DNA of 48,749 nucleotides from an uncultured Candidatus Saccharibacteria bacterium (GCA_964560175.1 CAZLKQ010000001.1:1-48749), one strand, 5' to 3'; shown: positions 27,401 through 38,458, numbered from the stretch's first letter. Notes: generated by a model from the letters alone, not told the origin. Made by a program: numbers and translations.

Positions 27401-27979
27401 ACAACTGTCGGCTACATGTACATCCTCAAACTCAATCACATGATCGCCGACAAGATCCATGCCCGCTCAACCGGTCCATACACCATGGTTACCCAGCAAC
27501 CTCTAGGCGGCAAAGCCCAGAACGGTGGCCAGCGCTTTGGCGAAATGGAAGTCTGGGCGTTAGAGGCCTACGGCGCGTCCAATACATTGCAGGAAATGTT
27601 GACCATAAAATCAGATGATGTTTACGGCCGGTCAAAAGCCTACGAAGCGATCGTCAAACAAGAAAAGATCCAAGGTCCAAAAGTTCCCGAATCTTTCAAT
27701 GTCTTGGTCAAGGAATTGCAAGGCCTGAGCCTGGAAGTCGATCTCATCCAACGCGATCGGATGGTCGATGCTGAGGAAGTTTTGGAAGAAGTCATCGAAC
27801 AAGAAGGAAAAAATCCAGCCACTATCACTCCAGACGAGGACACTTCGCAAATAGACATCACCGATGACGCGGTCGTCGATCAATTTCGGATAGTTACCGA
27901 TGGCGATGATGACGACGCGGTAACGACAGATGACAAAGACGACAAAAAGATAGGTGACAAAGAGGAGTCCAAATTATGA
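24452..27979 (+). CDS. rpoB: DNA-directed RNA polymerase subunit beta
   Basis: Full-length RpoB signatures (GDKLAGRHGNKGV, NPLGVPSRMNIGQ, QRFGEMEVWALEAYGA); GTG start; acidic C-terminal tail. Confidence 0.97.
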   Translation: MSKGVTLRKLYSKQKHAVQLPNLIEHQLRSWQWFVDEALGEIFAEINPVEDYTGSKLELRFIDYRFEDPKLAENEAKDNNVSFEVPLKANIELTNKVTGEVKVQEIYLGDYPWMTDRGTFVINGAERVVVSQLIRSPGVTFSMETSGSRRLYGAKVIPNRGAWLEFETASSGAIFVKIDRRRKIPVTTLLRSLGYTSNEDIKNLFTTVDTGEFSFVDATLEKDPSKGQNDALIEVYRRLRPGDLATVENAKSLIENMFFNFKRLDFSRVGRYKLNKRLGLDVPNTIENRVLRLEDLTAIIAEIVRMNVSQEAADDIDSLANRRVKLVGELVQRQFRIGLLRMERNAKDRMSMCDIETVTPAQLINARPIVAAVREFFASSQLSQFMDQVNPLAELAHKRRLSSMGPGGLSRERAGFEVRDVHPTHYGRICTVETPEGANIGLVLNLAQHARINDYGFIETPYRKVENFLPPGKAVGRLTSEVVKDAKGNVIIKKGVKLTKADTTKLAKLGVTQVPVKARVTDELVYLDAADDLKAVIANANSQVGEDGYFKTERVAARKSLTDAEVDADEVTHMDYSHAQIIGAAAGLIPFIEKDSPGRTLIGSNQQKQAVPLIRTERPYVGTGIEHHIALNSGQLLVAEDNGVVEAADANSVTVKYKKAVRTYPVQHFIRSNDGTSINQKVVVDPGDKVSKGDTLVEGMSIDEGEIALGKNVLTAFMPWGGYNFEDAIIISDRLVKDDTLSSIHIVDYLLEVRETKLGPEIVTPDIPNVSEESLRHLDEEGIVRIGAEVHPGDILVGKITPKGEQELSSEERLLRAIFGEKAKDVRDSSLRMPNGKHGKVVGIKIFSKETGHELKAGTLQQIQVFVAQMRKIAVGDKLAGRHGNKGVIARILPIEDMPFMEDGSPIDIILNPLGVPSRMNIGQLFETYLGMAAHALGVHIATPSFNGLSVDTVRGLLKEANLPEDGKVQLIDGRNGQPFAERTTVGYMYILKLNHMIADKIHARSTGPYTMVTQQPLGGKAQNGGQRFGEMEVWALEAYGASNTLQEMLTIKSDDVYGRSKAYEAIVKQEKIQGPKVPESFNVLVKELQGLSLEVDLIQRDRMVDAEEVLEEVIEQEGKNPATITPDEDTSQIDITDDAVVDQFRIVTDGDDDDAVTTDDKDDKKIGDKEESKL

Positions 27980-30900
27980 TAACCGACAACAGCAAGGGCC
28001 TGACTGATTTTGACGCTGTCCGGCTGACAGTCGCCTCACCGGAGCGCATCCTCGAGTGGTCACATGGTGAAGTCACCAAACCGGAAACCATCAATTACCG
28101 CACTCAGAAGCCGGAACGTGACGGTCTGTTTTGTGAACGCATTTTTGGCCCGGTCAAAGATATCAATCCCAATGATCCGAAATATCGAGGCATTCGTACC
28201 CGCGACATGGCCCGTGATGAACGCGGTGAAATCGTTACCAAATCTATCGTCCGCCGTGAGCGTATGGGCCACATCGCTCTGGCTGCGCCGGCTGCCCACA
28301 TTTGGTTTTTGCGCGGCACGCCATCAGCCATCGGCTTGCTGCTCAATACTACCGTCAAGAATCTGGAGAAAGTTGTTTATTTTGCCAGTTACATCATCAC
28401 CAGTGTCAGTGAGGCTGATAAGAAAAAGGCAGTTGAAGATCTGGAAGCCGTCACTGAAGCTGCCAAAAAAGCCATCACTGCTCGATTTGAAACCGCGGCC
28501 AAGGCCAAGGACGCCGATGTCAAAGTCCTGGCGGCTGCCCGCACCAAGGAACTTGAAGAGCTAGAGGCTGCCACGTTTGCCAAGCAGCAGATTCTGGACG
28601 GCCTGCTAAAAATGCGTTTGATCAGCGAGACCGAGTACCGCGAAATGCCAAAGGAATACCAAAAGCTAATCACAGTCAACATGGGCGGATTGGCCTTGCA
28701 CCAATTACTCAAAGAGATCGACATCAAGCAATTGATCAAAGAACTCAAGCTTGAGGCCGAAGGTGCCAAAGGCGCCCGGCACAAGAAAATTATCAAGAGG
28801 CTGAAAGTACTCGAAGGCATGCAAAATGCTGAAATCGAGCCGACTTCGTTGATTTTGACGATGTTGCCGGTCATTCCGCCAGATCTCCGTCCGATGGTTC
28901 AGCTGACTGGCGGCCGTTTCGCTACCTCCGATCTGAATGACCTGTACCGGCGAGTTATCAACCGAAATAATCGGCTGAAGAAATTGATCGACCTCAAAGC
29001 TCCGGAAGTCATTCGCCGCAACGAAATGCGTATGCTCCAAGAAGCCGTCGATGCCTTAGTCGACAACGGCAACGCCCGATCAGGTCGAGCCGTCGCTGCT
29101 ACCGGTGGCCGCCGCCGACTGAAATCACTGTCTGACATGCTCAAGGGCAAACAAGGTCGCTTCCGCCAGAACCTACTCGGCAAGCGCGTCGACTATTCTG
29201 GCCGTTCAGTAATCGTGGCTGGACCGGATCTCAATCTCGACCAATGCGGCTTACCGAAGATGATGGCACTGGAACTTTTCAAACCGTTTGTTATCGGCCG
29301 CCTGATCGAACTCGATCTGGCTCACAACATCAAGTCTGCCTCTCGGATGATCGAACTCGGCCTGACTGAGGTCTGGGATGCCCTGGACGAAGTCATCAAG
29401 GGTAAATATGTGATCCTAAACCGCGCGCCGACTCTTCACCGGCTAGGAATCCAGGCCTTTAAGCCGCGACTGGTCGAAGGCCGGGCCATCCAGCTCCACC
29501 CATTGGTTTGCAAAGGTTTCAATGCTGACTTTGACGGTGACCAAATGGCTGTCCACTTGCCACTGTCCGAAGACAGCCAGCGCGAAGCCCGCGAGATCAT
29601 GTCAGCCGAGCAAAACTTGCTCAAGCCGGCTGACGGTATGCCGGTGCTGCATATCGAGCAGGATATTGTCCTGGGTTGTTACTATATGACATACGACAAA
29701 CCATCAGTTGGCACCACAGTCAAGAATTTTTCTAGCGTTGACGAGGCTCTGTTCTCACTCGACGCTGGAAAAGTCAAGCTGCAATCACCGGTAAAAATAA
29801 ATGTCAAAGGCAGCGTACGCGAGACGACTGTTGGACGAGTTCTATTTAATGAAATATTCCCCGAAGATTTTGAGTATATAAACGAACCGATGAGCAAAAA
29901 AGCCCTACAGGCCGCCATGAGCCGGGTGTTCGCCCAATATGGCAAACGGGAAACTGCCCGGATCGCAGATGAGTTGAAAAATTTGGCCTTCCATTATGCC
30001 ACCTACGCCGGCCTGTCAATTGGCATCGATGACTTTGAAGACGTCAAGGGTCTCGACGAGATTCTGGGCAAAGCTGAAGATCGGGTCACCAAGATCTCCG
30101 AGCAATTTGCCGGTGGACTGTTGACAGACGAAGAGCGCTACCGATTGACAGTGCGAGAGTGGCTAAACGCCGACGCCGAAGTGCTGACCAGACTCCAAGA
30201 GCAATTCAAAGACCAGGACAATACTATATCGATCGCCGCCATTTCCGGGGCCCGGGGTAGCATCGGCCAAGTCAAGCAAGCGACCGGCACCGTCGGCGTG
30301 GTCGTCGACGCTTTGGGACGGGAGATCGAGTTGCCGATTCGTTCCAATTACAAGATAGGTTTCTCCTCACAGGAGTACTACATCGCTACCAAGGGAGCTC
30401 GCAAAGGTCTGATCGACACCGCTCTCAAGACTGCCGACTCTGGTTATTTGACCCGTCGTCTGGTGGATGTCAGCCAGGATGTTTTCACTATTGATACTGA
30501 GTCCAAGGATGCCGGCTTAACCCTGACGAAGGCTGAGAGCGATGAACGGGGAATCAATTTTGCCGACAGGATTGCCGGCCGAGTTTTGGCGCGTGACGTC
30601 AAAGTCGGTGGTAAGACATTAGCCAAAAAAGAAAGCCTAGTCACCAAAGAAACAGCCCAAGCCATTGTCGACGCCGGTGTCGAAGAGGTTGTGATCTATA
30701 GCATCCTGACAGCTGAGAGTACCCGCGGTATTTCGCGCCGGAGCTATGGCGTCGATCTAGCGACCGGCCAATTAGTCAAATCCGACCAACCGATCGGTGT
30801 TATTGCCGCCCAGAGTATCGGCGAGCCTGGTACCCAGCTGACACTGGATACAAAGCACGCCCATGGTGCCGCCGCCGAAGAAGACGTAACCCGTGGTTTG

Positions 30901-31782
30901 CCGCGAATCGAAGAACTCCTCGAAGCCCGAACGCCAAAAGGTCAAGCCTTCCTGTCAGAAATTGAAGGCACCGTCACAGTCCGCGATGATGGCAATGACT
31001 ATTTGGTAGAAGTCAAATCTGACAATGCCGAGATCGTCTCGGTGCCTACAAAGAGTGCCACTGTTGTCGTCAAAAATGGCGCCAATGTCAACAAAGGCGA
31101 TATTTTGGCCAGCGATAACAAATCGAGCAAGCCGCTAGTTTCTCCGATCAAGGGCACCGTGGAGTTGATAAAGGGCGAGATTTTGGTGACTGGTGAGAAG
31201 GGCGAAGTCGTCCGCTACCGGATCCCGGGTTTCAAAGCCTTGGTTGTCAAAACCGGCGATCGGGTTGGTATGGGTGAGCGCTTGACCTATGGTTCATTGA
31301 ACCTTCAGGATCTGATGCGCCTGCGCGGCATCGAAATGACCCAGCGCTACATCATGGGCGAAATCCAAACCATGTACGCCGCCCAGGGCCAAGTCATTGC
31401 CGATAAGCACCTCGAGCTGGTTGTCAGGCAGATGTTCTCGCGGGTACAAGTCGATGATCCAGGTGATAGCCTGTTTGTCATCGGTGACATTGTCTCGCTG
31501 ACTAGTGTGGTTGAGCAAAATCATAAACTGGCCGCTGCCAAGAAACACCCGGCCATTTACAGCCAGATGCTACTGGGAATTGCCAAAGTCGCCACTTGGT
31601 CTGACAGCTTCCTGTCAGCCGCGTCTTTCCAGGACACTACCCGGGTACTGATCAATGCCGCCACCAGCGGTCGGATCGACACTCTATACGGCCTGAAGGA
31701 AAATGTCATCATCGGCCGCAAGATCCCAGTCGGTACTGGCGCTGCCAGCTATGAGCACCCAACAGAGGTTGATGATGTCTAA
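27976..31782 (+). CDS. rpoC: DNA-directed RNA polymerase subunit beta'
   Basis: [12 protein letters not shown] catalytic motif; ATGA overlap with rpoB; 1268 aa. Confidence 0.97.
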   Translation: MITDNSKGLTDFDAVRLTVASPERILEWSHGEVTKPETINYRTQKPERDGLFCERIFGPVKDINPNDPKYRGIRTRDMARDERGEIVTKSIVRRERMGHIALAAPAAHIWFLRGTPSAIGLLLNTTVKNLEKVVYFASYIITSVSEADKKKAVEDLEAVTEAAKKAITARFETAAKAKDADVKVLAAARTKELEELEAATFAKQQILDGLLKMRLISETEYREMPKEYQKLITVNMGGLALHQLLKEIDIKQLIKELKLEAEGAKGARHKKIIKRLKVLEGMQNAEIEPTSLILTMLPVIPPDLRPMVQLTGGRFATSDLNDLYRRVINRNNRLKKLIDLKAPEVIRRNEMRMLQEAVDALVDNGNARSGRAVAATGGRRRLKSLSDMLKGKQGRFRQNLLGKRVDYSGRSVIVAGPDLNLDQCGLPKMMALELFKPFVIGRLIELDLAHNIKSASRMIELGLTEVWDALDEVIKGKYVILNRAPTLHRLGIQAFKPRLVEGRAIQLHPLVCKGFNADFDGDQMAVHLPLSEDSQREAREIMSAEQNLLKPADGMPVLHIEQDIVLGCYYMTYDKPSVGTTVKNFSSVDEALFSLDAGKVKLQSPVKINVKGSVRETTVGRVLFNEIFPEDFEYINEPMSKKALQAAMSRVFAQYGKRETARIADELKNLAFHYATYAGLSIGIDDFEDVKGLDEILGKAEDRVTKISEQFAGGLLTDEERYRLTVREWLNADAEVLTRLQEQFKDQDNTISIAAISGARGSIGQVKQATGTVGVVVDALGREIELPIRSNYKIGFSSQEYYIATKGARKGLIDTALKTADSGYLTRRLVDVSQDVFTIDTESKDAGLTLTKAESDERGINFADRIAGRVLARDVKVGGKTLAKKESLVTKETAQAIVDAGVEEVVIYSILTAESTRGISRRSYGVDLATGQLVKSDQPIGVIAAQSIGEPGTQLTLDTKHAHGAAAEEDVTRGLPRIEELLEARTPKGQAFLSEIEGTVTVRDDGNDYLVEVKSDNAEIVSVPTKSATVVVKNGANVNKGDILASDNKSSKPLVSPIKGTVELIKGEILVTGEKGEVVRYRIPGFKALVVKTGDRVGMGERLTYGSLNLQDLMRLRGIEMTQRYIMGEIQTMYAAQGQVIADKHLELVVRQMFSRVQVDDPGDSLFVIGDIVSLTSVVEQNHKLAAAKKHPAIYSQMLLGIAKVATWSDSFLSAASFQDTTRVLINAATSGRIDTLYGLKENVIIGRKIPVGTGAASYEHPTEVDDV

Positions 31783-31796
31783 CATATCTGTTAGAT

Positions 31797-31878
31797 TAAG
31801 TTCTAAAGTTCATAAAGTTTTTAAAGTTCGTAAAGGCGAACTGACTTTTAACTTTCAACCTTATAAACTTTTAACTAG
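31797..31878. repeat. Palindromic element with 9-nt TAAAGTTCN repeats and complementary AACTTT arm
   Basis: taaagttca taaagtttt taaagttcg taaagg ... ttttaac tttcaac cttataaac ttttaac; followed by ctagcAAATCGGAGATTT and the rpsL GTG. Confidence 0.75.
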
Positions 31879-31895
31879 CAAATCGGAGATTTGTA

Positions 31896-32309
31896 GTGCC
31901 TACAATTAACCAATTAGTCCGAAATCCGCGCAAGAGCGCCAAGGCTAAATCGAAATCTCGGGCTCTACATAGCACCTATAATGCTCTGAAGATTCGCACC
32001 TATGAGAAAAATTCACCGCTGAAGCGTGGTGTTTGTATCAAAGTCACCACCAAGACACCAAAGAAACCAAACTCAGCGCTACGCAAAGTCGCCCGTGTCC
32101 GTTTGACCAATGGCCAAGAAGTCTGGGCCTATATCGGCGGCGAAGGCCACAATCTCCAAGAGCACGCAGTGGTTTTGATCCGAGGCGGTCGAGTACCAGA
32201 TCTGCCTGGAGTTCGTTACCATATTGTTCGAGGATCATTGGATCTCCAAGGCGTTCAAAATCGCAAAAACGGCCGCTCTAAATACGGCGCAAAAAAGGCC
32301 AGCAAATAA
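31896..32309 (+). CDS. rpsL: 30S ribosomal protein S12
   Basis: PTINQLVR...; [15 protein letters not shown]; GTG start. Confidence 0.96.
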   Translation: MPTINQLVRNPRKSAKAKSKSRALHSTYNALKIRTYEKNSPLKRGVCIKVTTKTPKKPNSALRKVARVRLTNGQEVWAYIGGEGHNLQEHAVVLIRGGRVPDLPGVRYHIVRGSLDLQGVQNRKNGRSKYGAKKASK

Positions 32310-32542
32310 TGGGCGAGGCAATGTGTCCAATGTTTGCAGACTGTAAGGCACAAAGTATCTCGAGAGAATACAGAGTGGGTTTAAACTCAGAAATGCCGCT
32401 TGGCATCAAGTATGTGATTACAGATATATGTAGGCTGGCAATTGAAAAACGGACGCAAAGCTGTCCAATTGTAAATATGAGTACAGAAGAGGAAATCCTT
32501 CTCCTACAAAAACGCGCAAATGGAGATTATAATGCCGCGTAA
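32309..32542 (+). CDS. 77-aa Cys-containing orphan ORF filling the rpsL-rpsG spacer
   Basis: TAATG overlap with the rpsL stop; 11-nt overlap with the rpsG start; 4 Cys (CPMFADC ... C ... SCP). Confidence 0.5.
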   Translation: MGEAMCPMFADCKAQSISREYRVGLNSEMPLGIKYVITDICRLAIEKRTQSCPIVNMSTEEEILLLQKRANGDYNAA

Positions 32543-33017
32543 AGTTACCAAATCGCTAAGACGAAATATTGCTCCAGATCGGATTTACGACTCTATCCTA
32601 GTACAGAAATTGATCAATAAAGTCATGCTGGCCGGAAAGAAAACTTTGGCAGAAAAATTAGTCTATTCTGCCATGGTAAAAGCTGCAGCTAATCTCAAAT
32701 CTGACAAACCGCTAGAAGTACTAGAAACCGCTATCAAAAATATCCGACCGCAACTGGAAGTGAAATCTCGCCGGATCGGTGGAGCAAACTACCAGATTCC
32801 TTTTGAAATCAAAGGCGAACGCCAAACCCATAAAGCTTTAATGTGGTTTATTGCTGCTGCCCGAGACCGCCGTAAATCAATGGGCAAGGACTTTGATGAA
32901 GCTCTAGCCGCTGAAATTGTCGATGCTTTCAATGAAACCGGCTCAGCTGTCAAGAAAAAAGAAGACACACATAAGATGGCTGAAGCGAATCGCGCCTTCG
33001 CCCACTTCGCTAGGTAA
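32532..33017 (+). CDS. rpsG: 30S ribosomal protein S7
   Basis: MPRKVTKS...; GGANYQIP; GGAG SD; start trimmed from ORF-track 32520. Confidence 0.95.
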   Translation: MPRKVTKSLRRNIAPDRIYDSILVQKLINKVMLAGKKTLAEKLVYSAMVKAAANLKSDKPLEVLETAIKNIRPQLEVKSRRIGGANYQIPFEIKGERQTHKALMWFIAAARDRRKSMGKDFDEALAAEIVDAFNETGSAVKKKEDTHKMAEANRAFAHFAR

Positions 33018-33022
33018 TTAAG

Positions 33023-33394
33023 ATGTCGGAAATGACTAGTGCTCTTCCCTGCAGTGATTGCCCTCGAAAGGCCAACCGTTTTGTAATCCGCACTTCAGGA
33101 ATAATATTAGAGGAACAAGGTGGAGTTATGTACGGCTATGTAAAACCTGACCGAAGGTCTCTTGTAATGGGTAGAATAAGCACCGCAGACTTAGAAGCGA
33201 ATTACCAAGATTTGGCTGCTTCTATCTATTTATGTGAAAGCCCAGTTACAATAACGCAACCAAAAGCCGGCCTACTGGGGCGGGTGGGCTTTAAGCGGGA
33301 GGTATTGGCATGCCCCGCGTTAAGGGAAGCAGTGGTAGAGAGAACTATTGCACGTATTGAAGAAATTAATAATCCTGAGGCGGGACATGACTGA
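33023..33394 (+). CDS. Orphan ORF A (123 aa) with PCxxCP motif
   Basis: LPCSDCPRKANRFVIR...; same strand, 5 nt after the rpsG stop. Confidence 0.55.
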   Translation: MSEMTSALPCSDCPRKANRFVIRTSGIILEEQGGVMYGYVKPDRRSLVMGRISTADLEANYQDLAASIYLCESPVTITQPKAGLLGRVGFKREVLACPALREAVVERTIARIEEINNPEAGHD

Positions 33395-33638
33395 GCTACT
33401 TAAAACTTTTGAATTTCCAGAAGCATGCGTTGGAAGTTGCCCCCAGATCGGCAGGTGGTTAAGCACCGTGGAACACTCAGATCCAGAAAGCTGGCGATAT
33501 ATAGAAGCAGTGAGTAAACTTAAAGGCTTGTCAGACATAGCCTGCGCTACTCAGTGTGGAGGACCGTGGGATGACCAAACAGAAATGGCCCCAGTCCTCT
33601 ATTGTTCAGGTAATCCAGGAAGTGATTACGGAGTTTAA
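33387..33638 (+). CDS. Orphan ORF B (83 aa), Cys-rich
   Basis: ATGACTGA overlap with ORF A; CVGSCP and CATQCGGP motifs. Confidence 0.5.
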   Translation: MTELLKTFEFPEACVGSCPQIGRWLSTVEHSDPESWRYIEAVSKLKGLSDIACATQCGGPWDDQTEMAPVLYCSGNPGSDYGV

Positions 33639-33639
33639 A

Positions 33640-34161
33640 ATGGCTGAGACACAAGAAATCGCCGTTGCCAGACCGCATATACCTTATACGGATGTTCCAG
33701 AATTAATAAAATGGCCATGCGAAAATTGCCCCAATAGGGTTAGTGTGACGGCTCGTATCAAGAGTGATTCTTTGCAAATTATGGACGGAGAATTGCAGAT
33801 TGAGGGAGTATGGGTGCCAGAAAATATTGATCCTCTGTCGCAACGAAAAGTAATTCTGGTCCAGTTAGGAAAGAAAGTAGCGGACTTATATGCTGAGGGA
33901 TGCACAGGTTCTCGTATCGAGGAAGATTGGTCACCGAATCATCGAGTCAGGCTGGATTACAACAGATGCAAATCCGAGTCGAGTGACGTACTCGAAAGAC
34001 TTGGTCGAGCCATGACCCCTGGCTGGGCTGGTTATTACGCTTTTGGGATGGGACTTATTAGGGAACAGATTTATACCGAGCCAGAACTTGCTATGTTAGC
34101 AGCGGAAAAAGCCAAATCCAAAGAAGAAGAGCGCCGAAGGCGAATGCGGGGACCTTACTAA
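33640..34161 (+). CDS. Orphan ORF C (173 aa) with PCxxCP motif and basic C-terminus
   Basis: GGAG SD, start AAATGGCTGAG; WPCENCPNRVSV resembles ORF A; its stop directly abuts the fusA ATG. Confidence 0.55.
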   Translation: MAETQEIAVARPHIPYTDVPELIKWPCENCPNRVSVTARIKSDSLQIMDGELQIEGVWVPENIDPLSQRKVILVQLGKKVADLYAEGCTGSRIEEDWSPNHRVRLDYNRCKSESSDVLERLGRAMTPGWAGYYAFGMGLIREQIYTEPELAMLAAEKAKSKEEERRRRMRGPY

Positions 34162-36231
34162 ATGGCTAAGACTCCGCTGGATAAAATCAGAAACATTGGG
34201 ATTATCGCGCATATCGATGCTGGTAAAACCACTACGACCGAAGCTGTTTTATACCGAACCGGACTAAAGCACAAGATCGGTGCTGTACACGAAGGTGAAA
34301 CTACTACTGACTGGATGGAGCAGGAACGCGAGCGTGGCATCACCATTACCTCGGCTGCTGTCACTTGTTTTTGGAAAGATCACCAGATCAATATCATCGA
34401 CACACCTGGCCATATCGACTTTACCGTCGAAGTCGAGAGATCTTTGCGCGTACTCGATGGCGCCATGACGGTTTTCGACGGGAAAATGGGAGTCGAGAGC
34501 CAGTCTGAAACAGTTTGGCGACAAGCCGACAAATACGGCGTGCCGCGAATCTGTTTTATCAACAAGATCAACCAAACCGGCGGTGATTTCTATAAATCCC
34601 TTGAGTCCATCCATACGCGTCTGACCAAACACGCTTACCCGATCCACCTGCCGATCGGCTTTGAGCAGTCAATCAATGGTGTCATCGACCTGATCGACAT
34701 GAAAGCCTACACCTACAAGGACTTCACTGACAAAGAATTGGTCGTCGGCGAAATACCCGAAGACATGAAAGAAAAGGCCGCCAAATACCGCTCTCATCTG
34801 GTCGAGGCTGCTCTGGGTGCCGATGACGACCTACTGATGAAATACTTGGACGGCACCGAAATCACCAATGAAGAGCTCAAATCTTGCATCCGCAAATCGA
34901 CGATCAAAGGTGACTTTTTCATCGTCTCGGGCGGCGATGGCCGGGGTGTGATCGTCGAGAAACTGCTCGATCTAATTGTTGACTATCTGCCAAATCCGCT
35001 GGAAGCCGGCTCAGTCTTTGGCACTCATCCCAAAACAGGTGATGAACTGGAGCGCAAACCCGATGTCAATGAACCGTTTTCCGCTCTGGCATTCAAGATC
35101 GCCACTGACCCCTTTGTCGGCAAACTGGCCTTTTTCAGAGTTTATTCCGGCTCGATGAAAGCCGGCAGTTACATCATGAATGCGGCAACCGGTGACAAAG
35201 AACGGGTCGGCCGGATCTTGCGCATGCACGCCAACGACCGGACCGATGTCGAGACGATCGAAGCCGGCGATATCGCCGCCGCGGTTGGCCTCAAAGGCAC
35301 AACTACCGGCAATACATTGTGCGACCCTGCTAACCCAATAATTTTAGAGTCGATCGACTTCCCAGACCCACCAGTTTCGATTGCGATAGAGCCCAAAACC
35401 AAGGCTGACCAAGAAAAAATGTCGATTGCCCTGCAGCGCCTAGCCGAGGAAGATCCGACTTTCCGAGTCCACAGCGACCACGAAACCGGCCAGACTATCA
35501 TTTCTGGCATGGGCGAGCTGCACCTGGAGATCATTGTCGATCGAATGAAAAGAGAATTCAAAGTCGAAGGTAGTGTAGGCCAACCACAAGTCGCTTACCG
35601 GGAGACCATTAAAGTTCAGACTGAGATAGAGGGTAAATATATCAAGCAAACTGGCGGTCGCGGCCAATATGGCCATGTCGTACTCCGGCTCGAGCCGCAA
35701 GAAGCCGGAGTAGGCTTCGAATTTGTCGATGCCATCAAGGGTGGTGTCGTGCCACAAGAGTACCGAAGCGCTGTCAAAAAAGGTATCGAAGATGCCATGG
35801 CAAATGGCGTCATTGCCGGCTACCCAGTAGTTGATGTCAAAGTAACTTTGACTGACGGCTCGTACCACGAAGTCGACTCCTCCGAGCTAGCCTTCACAAT
35901 GGCCGCTAGCCAAGCTTTACAAGCCGGAGTCAAAAAGGCTAACCCAGTACTACTGGAGCCGGTAATGAAAGTCGAAGTAGTGACTCCTGAGGAATTTATG
36001 GGTGACGTCATCGGCGACCTGAACGGCCGTCGCGGCCGGATCGAAGAAATGGAAGACCGGGCCGGCGTCAAAGTCGTCCACGCTTTCGTGCCACTTGGTG
36101 AAATGTTTGGCTACACCAATGATATCCGTTCGATGAGTCAAGGCCGAGCCAGCTCAACAATGGAGCTTGACCATTACGGCGAAGTACCGAATAATGTGGC
36201 CGAAGAAATCATTGCAAAACAAACTAAGTAG
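34162..36231 (+). CDS. fusA: Elongation factor G
   Basis: [14 protein letters not shown], NKxD; 689 aa. Confidence 0.97.
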   Translation: MAKTPLDKIRNIGIIAHIDAGKTTTTEAVLYRTGLKHKIGAVHEGETTTDWMEQERERGITITSAAVTCFWKDHQINIIDTPGHIDFTVEVERSLRVLDGAMTVFDGKMGVESQSETVWRQADKYGVPRICFINKINQTGGDFYKSLESIHTRLTKHAYPIHLPIGFEQSINGVIDLIDMKAYTYKDFTDKELVVGEIPEDMKEKAAKYRSHLVEAALGADDDLLMKYLDGTEITNEELKSCIRKSTIKGDFFIVSGGDGRGVIVEKLLDLIVDYLPNPLEAGSVFGTHPKTGDELERKPDVNEPFSALAFKIATDPFVGKLAFFRVYSGSMKAGSYIMNAATGDKERVGRILRMHANDRTDVETIEAGDIAAAVGLKGTTTGNTLCDPANPIILESIDFPDPPVSIAIEPKTKADQEKMSIALQRLAEEDPTFRVHSDHETGQTIISGMGELHLEIIVDRMKREFKVEGSVGQPQVAYRETIKVQTEIEGKYIKQTGGRGQYGHVVLRLEPQEAGVGFEFVDAIKGGVVPQEYRSAVKKGIEDAMANGVIAGYPVVDVKVTLTDGSYHEVDSSELAFTMAASQALQAGVKKANPVLLEPVMKVEVVTPEEFMGDVIGDLNGRRGRIEEMEDRAGVKVVHAFVPLGEMFGYTNDIRSMSQGRASSTMELDHYGEVPNNVAEEIIAKQTK

Positions 36232-36248
36232 TCATATTTTAGGTATAG

Positions 36249-36578
36249 ATGTCAAAAGATGTAGAAATTGAAGATAGGGCACAAGGCTACATCGATGCCT
36301 GTGCTTTCCTTGATCTAGAATATGCTAACTGTGACATAGTCGCTCAGGAATTTCGGGAAGTTTATGAGCGACGTAGTGTAGAACTGCTCGGCGCTTTTCA
36401 TGTGGACACGCTGAGAGTTACCACAAAAATGGGTGCCCAAATCCTACATACTACAGGGGTATTAGTGTCGATGGGTCCATCAATAGTGCATAGGCGTAAT
36501 AAATTTAGGCAAGTTATCGATGATGAGTCAGCCGGCCTGGCTGAAGCAGAAGAAATAATTGCCAAAAAAGGCAAATAA
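36249..36578 (+). CDS. Orphan ORF D (109 aa), apparently derived from the fusA 3' end
   Basis: C-terminus AEEIIAKKGK* versus [13 protein letters not shown]; N-terminus VEIEDRAQG..CAFLDLE versus [20 protein letters not shown]. Confidence 0.5.
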   Translation: MSKDVEIEDRAQGYIDACAFLDLEYANCDIVAQEFREVYERRSVELLGAFHVDTLRVTTKMGAQILHTTGVLVSMGPSIVHRRNKFRQVIDDESAGLAEAEEIIAKKGK

Positions 36579-36579
36579 A

Positions 36580-37125
36580 ATGATAAGAGGATCTCTTTAC
36601 GAATCAACTTCCTATCCTGTATTGGATTTGTTGGTCGGAGTTGAGAGTAATCCTGCCGCCGATACACTTTTGGCCCAGATCGAGACCGCGGCTGCAGTAG
36701 ATGTAAAGCTAAGACTAGACTACAACGCTACGCTGCCAAAACTCAACTTGGCGGGCGTTATTGACTTAATCGCTATGGGCGACGAAAGCCGGCTGAAAAA
36801 ATACGCACAACTAAAATTACTCCACGATGCCGTATCAACTCCTGAAGATTTAGCTTCAAAGAATGATTCTGTTGTCACCGAGTTGGAGTTGGCGGTGTCT
36901 GGCTTGCAGCAACGCAAAGGGGAGAGTCGAAGAGTGCGCCTTTTGCATAAACGAGCAGCAAAAACTCTCGACTATTACCAGAAGCACATGAGACGGCGCC
37001 CGTTTTCTACGCCCAATCTACTTACACTGCTTGATAGAGATTCAGAGATGTTTCTAGGGGCAGTTAATTTTATTGGCGAGTTGTCGTTGGTTGAAAGGAA
37101 AATAACAAAATCATTTTCGCCTTAA
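36580..37125 (+). CDS. Orphan ORF E (181 aa)
   Basis: ATG 1 nt after the ORF D stop; no family recognised. Confidence 0.5.
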   Translation: MIRGSLYESTSYPVLDLLVGVESNPAADTLLAQIETAAAVDVKLRLDYNATLPKLNLAGVIDLIAMGDESRLKKYAQLKLLHDAVSTPEDLASKNDSVVTELELAVSGLQQRKGESRRVRLLHKRAAKTLDYYQKHMRRRPFSTPNLLTLLDRDSEMFLGAVNFIGELSLVERKITKSFSP

Positions 37126-37130
37126 CAGGG

Positions 37131-37159
37131 TTTACAACTGGGCTCAACCCCTGTACAAT
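37131..37159 (+). promoter_or_regulatory. Candidate promoter for tuf
   Basis: TTTACA, 17-nt spacer, TACAAT; AGGAGA SD lies before ATG 37237. Confidence 0.55.
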
Positions 37160-37236
37160 GCGTAACATAAATGAGGCATGTATTTGATTGCCTCGAAAAA
37201 GTTAAATAATAGTAGTAACAATCAGGAGAACAGTTA

Positions 37237-38421
37237 ATGGCAAATTTTGATCGCAGCAAACCACATGTAAACGTCGGTACCATGGGACACGTCGACCACG
37301 GCAAAACCACCCTGACTGCCGCTATTACGCACACCCTGAGCAAGCGATTGCCATCAGATATCAACAAACCGATCAATTTTGACCAGATCGACAACGCGCC
37401 CGAGGAAAAAGAACGCGGCATCACGATTGCTGTTTCACATCTGGAATATGAGTCTGAGAAGCGCCACTACGCCCACGTCGACATGCCCGGTCATGCCGAC
37501 TATATAAAGAATATGATCACAGGTGCCGCCCAGATTGATGGCGCCATTCTGGTTGTCTCAGCTGCTGACGGCCCAATGCCACAGACCCGTGAACATGTCC
37601 TACTGGCCCGCCAAGTCGGTGTGCCCTCGATCGTTGTCTTTCTAAACAAAATGGACATGGCTGATCCAGAACTAGTGGAGCTCGTCGAAGCCGATGTCCA
37701 GGAACTATTGACCAAGTACGAGTATGACGGTGACAAAACTCCGATTATCAAAGGTTCCGCCAAGAAAGCTCTCGAAGGCGATGAGAAGGAAATGGACAAC
37801 ATCATGGAGCTGGTCAAGGCTATCGATGAGCACATTCCTGAGCCAAAGCGTGATCTAGACAAACCATTCCTGATGGCCATCGAAGACGTTTTCTCGATCA
37901 AAGGCCGGGGCACCGTCGCTACAGGACGTGTCGAGCAAGGTATCGTCAAAGTCAATGAAACGGTCGAAATCGTCGGGATTCGTGATACTAAGAAATCAGT
38001 AGTTACCGGTGTTGAGATGTTTCGAAAAAACCTCGATCAAGGCCAGGCTGGCGACAATGTCGGTATTTTGCTACGGGGAATTGAAAAAGAAGATATCGAG
38101 CGCGGCCAAGTTTTGGCAAAACCCGGCACTATCACTCCACACACCGAATTTGACGCTGAAGTCTACATCCTGACAAAGGAAGAGGGCGGTCGTCACACGC
38201 CGTTTTTCAAAGGCTACAAGCCACAATTTTACTTCCGCACCACTGATGTGACTGGTGAAGTTGAGCTACCGGCTGATACAGAAATGGTCATGCCAGGTGA
38301 CACCATTACCTTCAAGGTCAAATTGATCCAAGCTATCGCTATGGACCAAGGCCAACGTTTTGCTATCCGCGAAGGCGGCAAGACCGTCGGCGCTGGCGTC
38401 GTAACGAAAATTAACAAATAA
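37237..38421 (+). CDS. tuf: Elongation factor Tu
   Basis: [18 protein letters not shown]; 394 aa. Confidence 0.97.
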   Translation: MANFDRSKPHVNVGTMGHVDHGKTTLTAAITHTLSKRLPSDINKPINFDQIDNAPEEKERGITIAVSHLEYESEKRHYAHVDMPGHADYIKNMITGAAQIDGAILVVSAADGPMPQTREHVLLARQVGVPSIVVFLNKMDMADPELVELVEADVQELLTKYEYDGDKTPIIKGSAKKALEGDEKEMDNIMELVKAIDEHIPEPKRDLDKPFLMAIEDVFSIKGRGTVATGRVEQGIVKVNETVEIVGIRDTKKSVVTGVEMFRKNLDQGQAGDNVGILLRGIEKEDIERGQVLAKPGTITPHTEFDAEVYILTKEEGGRHTPFFKGYKPQFYFRTTDVTGEVELPADTEMVMPGDTITFKVKLIQAIAMDQGQRFAIREGGKTVGAGVVTKINK

Positions 38422-38428
38422 TTTTCGA

Positions 38429-38458
38429 GTAATTAGTAACTAGGAATTAGCAATTAGT
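38429..38458. repeat. One-armed heptamer array GNAAYTA x4
   Basis: gtaatta gtaacta ggaatta gcaatta; near-identical to the array at 9735-9770 (gtaatta gtagcta ggaatta ggaaata). Confidence 0.7.

Noticed and set aside
24893-31548. Many long antisense or out-of-frame ORFs inside rpoB and rpoC, for example 26695-27402 (235 aa) and 28389-28874 (161 aa)
   Set aside because: They lie entirely within strongly conserved RpoB/RpoC coding sequence. Their translations are low-complexity (Ser/Arg/Pro-rich), typical of shadow frames, and they have no start context.
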